Source of the DNA: Squalus acanthias
Lineage: Eukaryota
Assembly (NCBI GenBank): GCA_030390025.1
Contig: CM059432.1
Location: 131,194,001-131,258,000 of the forward strand
Length of the DNA stretch: 64,000 bases
Direction of reading: 5' to 3'
Translations under genes and position numbers: made by a program
The notes under the pieces: generated by a model
Told to the model about the DNA's origin: nothing
Seen by the model: the letters and a program-made list of their open reading frames with translations, nothing else
Database searches by the model: none
Part shown: in pieces, positions 26,001 to 38,000 of the stretch
Layout: each line of letters begins with the position of its first letter
How positions within the stretch are numbered: position 1 is the stretch's first letter

Positions 26001-29000
26001 AATCTATTAAAATAAAAGAATCACTTCATATTATAAATGAGTCCCAGGTATCCAGCTTTGTTCCTATGAAAGATGGATTTGATCTAATACAGATCAAGGC
26101 AGCATACAAATCATCACTCGGCATTTTTTTTATTCGTTCCTGGGATGTGGGCGTCACTGACAAGGCCAGCATTTATTGCCCATCCCTAATTGCCCTTGAG
26201 AAGGTGGTGGTGAGCCGCCGCCTTCAACCGCTGTAGTCCTTGTGGTGAAGGAACTCCCACAGTGCTGTTGGGGAGGGAGTTCCAGGATTTTGACCCAGCA
26301 ACGATGAAGGAACGGCGATATATTTCCAAGTCAGGATGGTGTGTAACTTGGAGGGGAACTTGCAGGAGATGATGTTCCCATGTGCCTGCTGCCCTTGTCC
26401 TTCTAGGTGGTAGCGGTCGTTGGTTTGGGAGGTGCTGCCGAAGCAGCCTTGGCGAGTTGCTGCAGTGCATCTTGTAGATGGTACACACTGCAGCCACGGT
26501 GCACCGGTGGTGGAGGGAGTGAATGTTTAAGGTGATGGATGGGGTGCCAATCAAGTGGGCTGCTTTGTCCTGGATGGTGTTGAGCTTCACTCATCCAGGC
26601 AAGTGGAGAGTATTCCATCACACTCCTGACTTGTGCCTTGTAGATGGTGAAAAGGCTTTGGGGAGTTAGGAGGTGAGATACTCGCCGCAGAATACCCAGC
26701 CTCTGACCCGCTCTGTTGCCACAGTATTTATGTGGCTGGTCCAGTTAAGTTTCTGGTCAATGGTGACCCCCAGGATGTTGATGGTGGGGGATTCGGCAAT
26801 GGTAATGCCGTTGACTGTCAAGGGGAGGTGGTTAGACTCTCGCTTGTTGGAGGTAGTCATTGCCTGGCACTTGTGTGGCGCAAATATTACTTGCCACTTA
26901 TCAGCCCAAGCCTGAATGTCGTTCAGGTCTTGCTGCATTCGGGCATGGACTGCTTCATTATCTGTGGAGTTGCGAATCGAACTGAACACCGTGCAATCAT
27001 CAGTGAAAATCCCCAGTTCATACCTTATGATGGAGGGAAGGTCAGTGATGAAGCGGCTGAAGATGGCTGGGCCTAGGGCACTGCCCTGAGGAACTCCTGC
27101 AGCGATGTCCTGGGGCTGAGATGATTGACCTCCAACAACCACAACCATCTTCCTTTGTGCTAGGTATGTCTCCAGCCAGTGGAGAGTTTTCCCCCTGATT
27201 CCCATTGACTTAAACACTCGGTAAAGGGCAGTCACTCTCACCTCACCTCTGTAATTTTGCTCTTTTGTCCATGTTTGCACCAAGGCTGTAATGAGGTCTG
27301 GAGCCAAGTGGTCCTGGCAGAACCCAAATTGAGCATCAGTGAGCAGGTTATTGGTGAGTAAGTGCCGCTTGATAGCACTGTTGAACTTCCATCACTTGGC
27401 TAGTGATTGAGAGTAGGCTGATGGGGCGGTAATTGGCCGGATTGGATTTGTCCTGCTTTTTGTGGACAGGACATACCTGGGCAGTTTTCCACATTGTCTG
27501 GTAGATGCCAGTGTTGTAGCTGCACTGGAACAGCTTGGCTAGAGGTGCAACTAGTTCTGGAGCACAAGTCTTCAGCGTGACAGCCGGGATGTTGTCGGGG
27601 CCCATAGCCTTTGCTGTATCCAGTGCGCTCAGCCATTTCTTGATACAGTGGGGACGGTAGCATAGTGGTAATGTCACTGGGCTAGTAATCCAGAGGCGTG
27701 AGTTCAAATCCCACCACAACAGCTGGGGAATTTAAAATTACCTGATCTGGCCTAGATGTGACTCCAGACCCACAGCAATGTGGTTGACTCTTAACTGCCC
27801 TCTGAAATGGCCTAGCAAGCCACTCAGTTGTAACAAACCGCTACGAAACACAATAATAAGAATGAAACTGGACGGACCACCCGGCATCAACCTTGGCACT
27901 GGCTACGGACGCGGCAATGACACGCCCAGCCCAGTCGACCCTGCAAAGTCCTCGTCAACATCTGGGGACTTGTGCCAAAATTGGGAGAGATGTCTCACAG
28001 ACTAGTCAAGCAACAGCCTGACATAGTCATACTCACAGAATCATACCTTTCAGCCAATGTCCCAAACTCCATCACCATCCCTGGGTATGTCCTGTCCCAC
28101 TGGCAGGACAGACCCACCAGGGGTGGCTATACAGTTGGGAAGGAGTGGCCCTTTTGAGTTCTCAACATTGACTCCAGACCCCATGAAGTCTAATGGCTTC
28201 AGGTCAAGCATGGGCAAGGAAACCACCTACCGCCCTCCCTCAGCTGATGAATCAGTACTCCTCCATGTTGAACACCACTTGGAAGAAGCACTGAGAGTAG
28301 CAAGTGCACAGAATGTACTCTGGGTGGGGGAACTTCAATGTCCATGTCAAGAGAGGCTCGGTAGAATCATTGCTGGCCAAGTCCTGAAGGACGTAGCTGC
28401 CAGTCTGGGCCTGCGACAGGTGGTGAGAGAACCAACACGAGGGAAAAACCTACTTGACCTCGTCCTCACCAATCTACCTGTTGCAGATGCATCTGTCCAT
28501 GACAGTATTGGTAGCAGTGACCACCGCACAGTCATTGTGGAGACGAAATCCCGTCTTCAGACTGAGGACATCCTCCAGCGTGTTGTGTGTCACTACCACT
28601 GTGCTAAGTGGGATAGATTCAGAACAGATCTAACAGCTTAAAACTGGGCATCCATGAGGCGCTGTGGGCCATCAGCAGCAGCAGAATTGTATTCCACCAC
28701 AATCTGGAACCTCATGGCCTGGCATATCCCTTACTCTACCATTACCTTCAAGCCAGGAGACCAACCCTGGTTCAATAAAGAGTGCAGAAGAGCTTGCCAG
28801 GAACAGCACCAGGCATACCTAAAAATGAGGTGCCAACCTGGGGAAGCTGCAACACAGGATTACATGCATGCTAAAAAGCGGAAGCAGCATGCTATGGACA
28901 GAGCTAAGCGATCCCACAATCAACGGATCAGATCAAAGCTCTGCAGTCCTGCCACATCCAGTGGTGAATGGTGGTGGACCATTAAACAACTAACGGGAGG

Positions 29001-32000
29001 AGGAGGCTCCATGAATATCCCCATCCTCAATGATGGTGGAGCCCAGCACGTGAGTGCAAAAGACAAGGCTGAAGCGTTTGCAACCATCTTCAGCCAGAAG
29101 TGCCGAGTGGAAGATCCATATCGGCCTACTCCTGAGGTCCCCACCATCACAGAAGCCAGTCTTCAGCCAATTCGATTCACTCCACGTGATATCAAGAAAT
29201 GGCTGAGCGCATTGGATACAGCAAAGGCTATGGGCTCTGACAACATCCCGGCTATCGTGCTGAAGACATGTGCTCCAGAACTAGCCGCGCCTCTAGCTAG
29301 TCTGTTCCAGTACAGGTACAACACTGGCATCTATCCGACAATGTGGAAAACTGCCCAGGTATGTCCTGTCCACAAAAAGCAGGACAAATCCAATCCAGCC
29401 AATTACCGCCCCATCAGTCTACTCTCAATCATCAGCAAAGTGATGGAAGGTGTCATCAACAGTGCTATCAAGTGGCACTTACTCACCAATAACCTGCTCA
29501 CTGATGCCCAGTTTGGGTTCCGCCAAGACTCCCGACCTCATTACAGCCTTGGTCCAAACATGGACAAAGGAGCTGAATTCCAGAGGTGAGGTGAGAGTGA
29601 CTGCCCTTGACATCAAGGCAGCATTTGACCATATGCTGCCACCTCTGGTGGGTCTGTCCTGCCGGTGGGACAGGACATAGAGGCATACTTGTGAGCTGAT
29701 GAAAAATCCTATGGGGTCAGTTGACCTCCATGCCTGAATTCCCAATATTTACTCCTAATAGTGAGGTTCCATGGCGGAAGCATGAATTCGTAAAATCTGC
29801 CCTATAAACGTAAAGGGGAAGACTGATATTCCATTGATGAAATGAATTTAGAAGTTGGAGTTCTGATGAAAGACCATCGACCTGAAACGTGAACTCTGTT
29901 TCACTTCCTGCAGATGCTGCCTGACCTGCTAAATGTTTTCCAGCATTTTATGATTTTATTTTAGAAGTTGGAGTGATGTCTAGATGTGTTTGACATAACA
30001 ATGAGAGGTGGAAGGGGATTTCAGGGTACATGAATGAACTTACCTTGAAAGCCGGGGCCCGGCAATCACCAGCTGTAGCTGAGCCCTGTCCCGTAAAATC
30101 CAGGCCTGAGGTGGATGTAAAAGATCCCAATATACTATTCACATAGGAGCAAGCCTTTGGCTTAGTGCTAGCATTCCTGCCTCCGACTCAGAAAGTGCAG
30201 GGTGCGAACCCTGCTCCAGACAGGCCCAATGGGTGGGGACCCGAGCACCGGTTCTGACTTCTGGGCTGACATCCAGCAGGATACTCTGTCCGGTGGCTGT
30301 GGGTGGCCTCCCTTATTGTATGGGTTGTGAGACCCCATAAAACATCCGGCCATACAAGACTAACCACAATTTCTGCTGTTACAGTCATGGAACAAGCATT
30401 CACGTTGTGGCCTGCCAGACTGTTAATCAGCCTGCAAATCCTTCCACTGCTTCATACTATTCGCCAAGGGAATAATGTGAAGATATGAAAACAACAATAT
30501 CTGTATAGCCAATTCCAGTTTTTAGTATGTTTGGTGGCAGATGGTTGATCTTATTTGGGCTTAACTTTGTAAGTGATGTATGCACTGGGTAGCTTAGATG
30601 GTTGAACTCTTGCTTGGGGTCTAGATGCAGCTAGGTTTGAATCTCAGCAGGGTTTACTCAGTCTTCCATCATTCCAAAGTGGATTCAATGAGTTAACATA
30701 TGTGGAAAGTAAGACAGAACAAAAAACTACAGGTACTGTAAGCAATGCTGAGCACATTGTCACAATTCTATCTTTGAACTGGCTACTGGCAGTAGAAACC
30801 AAGATCTGCGCTGCCTTATGCTACCATAGAACCCCGGTGTCTTGGCCAATATTTATCCCTCAATCAACATAACAAAAACAGATTATCTGGTCATTATCAC
30901 AGTGCTGATTGTGGGAGCTTGCTGTGTGCAAATTGGCTGCCGTGTTTACAACAGTGACTACACTTCACAAGTCCTTAGTTGGCTGTAAAGCACTTTGGGA
31001 CATCTGGTGGTTGTGAAAGGTGCTATATAAATGCAAGTCTTTCATTCTTTTTCTTTCATAAAAGTTTACGGCACAGTTGGAGGCCATTCGGCCTATCGTG
31101 TCTGTGCCAGCTCTTTGCTAGAGCAATCCAAAACTAATCCCAGTTTGCTGTTCTTTCTCCACAGCTCTGTGTCTACCTCTGCTTTAGATGTTTACTCTTT
31201 CTTTAAAAGATGCAGTGGTCTGCCTTAACTACTCACTGTGCCAAAGCATTCTGTGCTCTGACAACTGTCTGCATAAAGACATTTTTCCTATCTTCTTTCT
31301 CACTCAGTTTGTGCAATTTTAAATTAATGATCCTTCAGCACTTAATCCCCAACCAGAGAACATAGGGGGAAAAATTAGGTTGCGCCCCATCGTCTGGACG
31401 CAAATATTAGCGCCTGGCGCTAATTATCGCCACTGACTGGAAACTTCACTTTTACCGCCCCGGGAGGTGAGTGGAGCGCTAAATCAGGCGCTGCACACCT
31501 GTCTTAAGGCGCAAAGGCCGAGCAGTGAGGCGCTAACTCAGTGCGCGAGCGCAGCGCAGGTGCTGCCAGTTAGCGAGGGAACACAGACACACTGGCGCCG
31601 GCCAGTTCTTAAAGCGGGGGGGGGGGGCCAACTGTTAGGATCAGTAGGCAAAACTACCTCACAAAGCGTTGACTCAATGCAGAAGTCTCTCTTTCTCTCT
31701 CTCCGAATCTCTCTCTCTCTCTCAGAACGAGTGGTGCAAAAATGTCAACCACAGAAAAAGACAGGAAGAGGCCCCCTTTAAATAGCGCCCCCCCCCAGCC
31801 CCACAGCGATTGATAGCGTTCCAGTCTTCCGGTCGTTGGATGCGCCAGGCGGTAAGGCAGGGGGCGCCACTCAATTTCCGCTCCGGGGCGCCACAAGGGC
31901 GTTGCACCATGGAATGACGTCACAATCTGCGCGCGCAGGTGGTCGCAGCGGTAAAGTTTAGCGCCGCCGCACAATCTCTAGTTAAGTTCCCGAGCGGCGC

Positions 32001-35000
32001 AAACCTCGCTGCGCCCGGGCGTTAGCGGCTTTGCGCCCCATTAGCGCCCTCTTCAGGCGCTAACGGGAGGCGCAACCAACTGAATTTTTACCCCATAGTC
32101 TTTCCCTATTCAGTCTGTCAAAACCCTTAATAATTTTAAAAAACCTCTAATAGATCTCCTCAGTCTTCTCTGCTACTTGGAAGTAGACCCAGTATCTCGT
32201 CTATTCTCATAAAAAAAAATCTTTGTGAAAACTAGGTAAGCTTTATATAAGTTTAAGAAACCTATTTTGCATAACATATTTGGAATAGAGCTGCTGAAGT
32301 CTTTTCATTTGCAATTAAATTTAATAGTTGTTTCCTGTTTGGGTTTTAGGATTGGTGGAGAATTGCACTCAGCTTTGTGTGCATTACTGAACTCTTCTTG
32401 TATATTGGAAATGAATTGAGGAATTTCATAAAGTGTAAAAGGAATTTCATGTCATGGAAAAAGAAAGAAAAACAGAGAATTCTTCAAGACAAAAAATTTT
32501 GTCATCCTTGTTGGCAAGCGGTAAAAATGACTTAATTTTAATATATACTACTACATCTACAATAACTAAAGATTTTATGGGCATTAACTTTAACGATTCC
32601 TCTCTACTTATAAAGGTCCTTTCTTTTTCTTGTGAGTAACCCTTCAAAATGCGGCGGGGGTGTGGGGGGTTTAGAAGAATGAGAGGTGATCTCATTGAAA
32701 CGTATAAAATTCTTAGAGGACCTGACAGGGTAGATGCTGAGATGCTGTTTCCCATAGCTGGAGAGTCCAGAATTAGGGGCCATAGTCTCAGGATAAGGGG
32801 TCGGCCATTTAGGACTGAGAGGAGGAGAAATTTCTTCACTCAAAACAGAAAACACTATCTGCTGATGCACAGAATGGTCTGCAGAGTGGACTTAAACTGA
32901 GTGCTTCTAAACAGAGTGTTAAAGTGGGAATATGGAGAGAGTGGGAATTCGGAGCAGAGGAGGAAGAAGGTGCTGCATTTTGCCTCCAATTCTTGTAGTG
33001 CTGTGTGTTACAGGTAAATATTTAATTTCTTCTACCTATAACTTAAACTAGATCTATTAATTAGTTAAAAACTAAACTGTAAGCTCATTTTATTAAATAC
33101 TTTAATTAATTAAATAAATAAAACAAGGTTATAAAGGGATGGCAGTGCAGGTGGTGTGCCGCAACTGCAGCATGTGGGAGTTTGTGGAGAGCATCGCGAT
33201 CCCGGACGACCACGTCTGCAGTAATTATCTGCATCTCGAGGAAGTTCAGCTCAGAGTTATTGAGCTGGAGTCCAAGGTGCAGACATCGCGGGGCACCAAG
33301 GAGGGGAAGAATTACCTGGAAACTTTGATCCAGGAGGCAGTCACAACCCTTAGGTTAGATAGTGGTACAGGTCGGGTTAGTGGTCAGGGACAGAAGGATG
33401 TCACTGCATCTCAGGCAGGTAAGGGGACCCCAGGTGCAGTGCTGGAGGAGCCTCGCCTTTGCCATTATCTAACAGGTATGAGGTTCTTGCTGCCTGTGTG
33501 GATGAGGGCAAAGTCTGCAGGGTGGATGAGCAAACTGACCACAGCACCGTGGTACAGGAGGCCATTCAAGTGGGGGGAATGAAAAGGAAAGCTGTAGTGG
33601 TAGGGGACAGTATAGTTAGGGGGATAGATACTGTTCTCTGCAGCCGCGGCCGGGAGTTCCGAAGGCTGTGTTGACTGCCTGGTGCCAGTGTTAAAGATAT
33701 CTCCTCGTGGCTGGAGAAGAATTTGGAGTGGGAGGTTCCAGTTGTCGTGGTCCACGTAGGAGCCAATGACATAGGTAGAACTAGGAATGAGGTTCTGCTG
33801 AGAGAGTTTGAGGAGCTAGGTTCCAAATTAAAACACAGAACCTCAAAGTTAATAATCTCTGGATTGTTACCTGAGCCATGCGCAAATTGGCGTAAGGACA
33901 AGCAGATCAGAGAGTTAAATGCGTGGCTCAAGGAGTGATGTGGGAGGATGGGGTTTCGATTCATGAGGCACTGGCACTAGTACTGGCGAAAGAGGGAGCT
34001 GTTCCATTGGGACAGGCTTCACTTAAACTGGGTTGGGACCAGTGTCCTGGCGAATCGAATAAATAGGGCTGCAGACTGGGTTTTAAACTAAAAAGGGCGG
34101 TGGGAGGGGTCAGGTGAGGGAAATTTAGAAATCTAAAGCGGAAAGTCAAGGCAATAGAACAGTGCAGCGATTTGGGTAAAGATAAGCAGAGTGTGACAGG
34201 AAGGGACAGAGAATTTAATGGTAATAGTACATCTGCGAATAAGGTTAAAGCAGGGAATAATGGTAAAATTAAAGGCCCTTTATCTGAATGCACAAAGCAT
34301 TCGTAACAAGATAGACGAATTAGTGGCACAAATAGAGATAAATGGCTTTGATCTAATAGCTATTACATAGACCTGATTGCAAGGTGACCAAGCTTGGGAA
34401 CTAAATATTCCAGGGTACTTGACATTTCAAAAAGACAGGCAGAATGTAAAAGGAGAGTGGGGTGGGGGGGGGTGCCCTGCTAATAAAGGATGACATAAGG
34501 ACAGTAGTGAGAGAGGATCTTGGCTCGGAAGATCATGAAGTAGAATCAGTATGGCTGGAGATAAGAAATAACAAGGGGCAGAAAGCACTGGTGGGAGTAG
34601 TTTATAGGCCCCCTAACAGTAGCTATACCGTTGAACATAGTATTAATCAACAAATAATAGGAACTTGTAACAAAGGTAATGTAATAATCGTGGGGGACTT
34701 TAATCTTCATATGGTCTGGGCAAATTAAATTGGCAAAGGTAGTCTGGAGGACGAGTTCATGGAATGCATTTGAAACAGCTTCGTAGAACAATACGTCATG
34801 GAACCAACCAGGGAACAGGTTATTTTAGATCTTGTATTGTGTAATGAGACAGGGTTAATTAGTAATCTCATAGTAAAGGATCCTCTGGGGAAGAGTGATC
34901 ATAACATGATAGAATTTTACATTGGGTTTGAGAATGAAATACTTAAGCCCGAAACTAGTGTCTTAAACTTAAATAAAGCCAATTATATAGGTATGAGGGA

Positions 35001-38000
35001 CGAGTTGGCTAAGGTAGATTGGGAAATTAGATTAAAAGGTATGACAGTAGAAAAGCACTGGCAAACATTTAAAGAAATATTCCAAAATTCTCAACAAAGA
35101 GATATTCCATTGAGAAATAAAAACTCCATGGGAAAAGTGATCCATCCATGGGTAACTAAAGAAGTTAGGGATAGTATTAGATTAAAATAGGCTTATAATG
35201 TTGCAAAGCATAGTAATAAACCTGAGAATTGGGAGAGCTTTAGAAACCAGCAAAGGATGACCAAAAGATTGCTAAAAAGGGAAAAAATAGAATGAGAGTA
35301 AACTAGCAAGAAATATAAAAACAGATTGTAAGAACTTCTACAAGTATGTAAAAGGAAAAGAGTAGCAAAAGTAAGTGTTGGCCCCATAGAGGTTGAGACA
35401 GGATAAATTATAATGGGGAATAAGGAAATGGCAGCGACTTCAAACAAATATTTTGTATCTGTCTTCACAGTAGAAGACACAAAAAGCATACCAAAAATAG
35501 TGGGGAAGCAAGGTGCTAATGAGAGTGAGGAACTTAAAGTAATTCAGATCAGTAGAAAAAAAGTACTTGAGAAACTAATGGGACTAAAAGCTGACAAATC
35601 CCCTGGACCTGATGGCCTATATCCTACGGTTCTAAAAAGGTAGCTGCAGAGATAGTGGATGCATTGGTTGTGATCTTCCAAAATTCCCTAGATTCTAGAA
35701 CGAACCCAGCAGATTGGAAGGTAGCAAATGTAACCCCACTATTCAAGAAAAAAGGGAGAGAGAAAACAGGGAACTACAGGCCAGTTTGCCTCACATCAGT
35801 CGTTGGGAAAATGCTGGAATCTATTATTAAGGAAGTGGTAACAGGGCACTTAGAAATTCATAATATGATTAGGCAGAGTCAGCATGGTTTTATGAAAAGT
35901 AAATCGTGTTTAACAAATTTATTAGAGTTTTTTGAGGATGTAACTAGCAAGGTAGATAAAGGGGAACCAGTGGATGTAGTATATTTGGATTTCCAAAAGG
36001 CATTTGATAAGGTGTCACACAAAAGGTTGCTATGCAAGATAAGACTCATGGGGTTGGGGGTAATATATTAGCATGGATAGAGGATTGGCTAATGGACAGA
36101 AAACAGAGTAAAGACAAACAGGTCATTCTCTGGTTGGCAGGCGGTAACTAGTGGCGTGCCGCAAGGATCAGTGCTTGGGCCTCAGCTATTTACAATCTAT
36201 ATTAATGATTTAGATGAAGGGACCGAGTGTAACGTATCCAAGTTTGCTGATGATACAAAACTAGATGGGAAAGTAAGCTGTGAGGAGGACACAAAGAGCC
36301 TGCAAAGTGATATAGACAGGTTAAGTGATTGGGAAATAAGGTGGCTGATGGAGTATAATGTGGGAAAATGTAAGGCTATCCTTTTTGGTAGGAAGAATAG
36401 AAAAGCAAAATATTATTTAAATGGAGAGAGACTACAGAATGCTGCGGTACAGAAGGATCTAGGTGTCTCGTACATGAAACACAAAAAATTAGCTGCAGGT
36501 ACAGCAAGTAATTAGGAAGGCCAATGGAATGTTGGCCTTTATTGCAAGGGGGATGGAGTATAAAAGTAGGGAAGTCTTGCTACAACTGTACAAGGCATTG
36601 GTGAGACCACACCTGGAATACTGCGTACAGTTTTGGTCTCCTTATTTAAGGAGGGATATACTTGCATTGGAGGCAGTTCAGAGAAGGTTCACTAGATTGA
36701 TTCCTGAGATGAAAGGGTTGTTTTATGAGGAAAGGTTGAGCAGGTTGGGCCTATACTCATTGGAGTTTAGAAGAATAAGTGGTGATCTTATTGAAACATA
36801 TAAGATTCTGATGGGGCTTGACAGGGTAGATGCTGAGAGATGTTTCCCCTCATGGGGAAACTAGAACTCGGGGGCATAGTTTCAGGATAAGGGGTCGCCC
36901 ATTTAAGACGGCGATGAGGAGGAATTTCTTCTCTCAGAGGGTTGTGAATCTTTGGAATTCTCTATCCCAGAGAGCTGTGGCGGCGGAGTCATTGAATATA
37001 TTCAAGGTGGAGATAGACAGATATTTAAGCTACAGGGGAGTCAAGGGTTATGGGGAACAGGTAGGGAAGTGGAGTTGAGGCCAAGATCAGATCTTATTGA
37101 ATGGCGGAGCAGGCTCGAGGGGCCGAATGGGCTACTCCTGCTCCTATTTCTTATGTTCTTATTTAAGCTTCTCACTTCCAACTGATTCAACCATTGTTTG
37201 ATGGAGTGTGTCTATCCCGTGATCAGGAGGATGTTGGCAATTCACACATATACTTTATGATTGGTTGTGCTGCTCATTATGCCACTCAGGAGGAGCCTAG
37301 CAAGGATTCAAACTTGTGCCTGTAAGAAGTCTGATAACCAACTTGTAACTATTTTCTTTAGCGGAAGGCAAATGAGCAATTGGTTCCAAGATAGCATGTT
37401 TGGTGATCACAGAATCCCCAGAATCCCCACAGTGCAGATAGAGGCCATTTCGGCCCATCGAGCCTGCACCAACACATATCCCACCCTATCCCCGTAACCC
37501 CACGTACTTAATCCCCCTAACACTAAGGGTCAATTTATCATAGCCAAATCAACCTAACCCGCACATCTTTGGACTGTGGGAGGAAACCGGAGCACCCGGA
37601 GGAAACCCACGCAGACACGGGGAGAATGTGCAAACTCCACACAGACAGTCACCCGAGGCCAGATTCGAACCAGGTCCCTGGCGCTGTGAGGTAACAGTGC
37701 TAACCACTATGCCACCGTGTTGCCCATGATCTGAAATTACAACCGAGTCAATCCTCTGTGATAATCTAATACTTACTGCCATAATGCTTCAGGATACAGT
37801 TGATGATTGCCCAGCTAGTGTGGCTCACCTGGAGGAGTTATTCTGTTACTTGGGGCTGCCCACTTGGCTCCAGATGAGTCCTTAAGTCAATGCTCTTGTA
37901 TGGAAGTCCTAGTCGGACAAGCAGCAAGAAGCTTACTAGCGTTTAGTACTTCTAATTTGAACCATTTTGGTTGGTTAAATTCCAGCAGTATCCCCATTGC

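Noticed and set aside
27655..27716. tRNA gene (also at 51013 and ~37700)
   Set aside because: A and B boxes are present, but there is no convincing full cloverleaf and the sequence runs into retroelement bodies.
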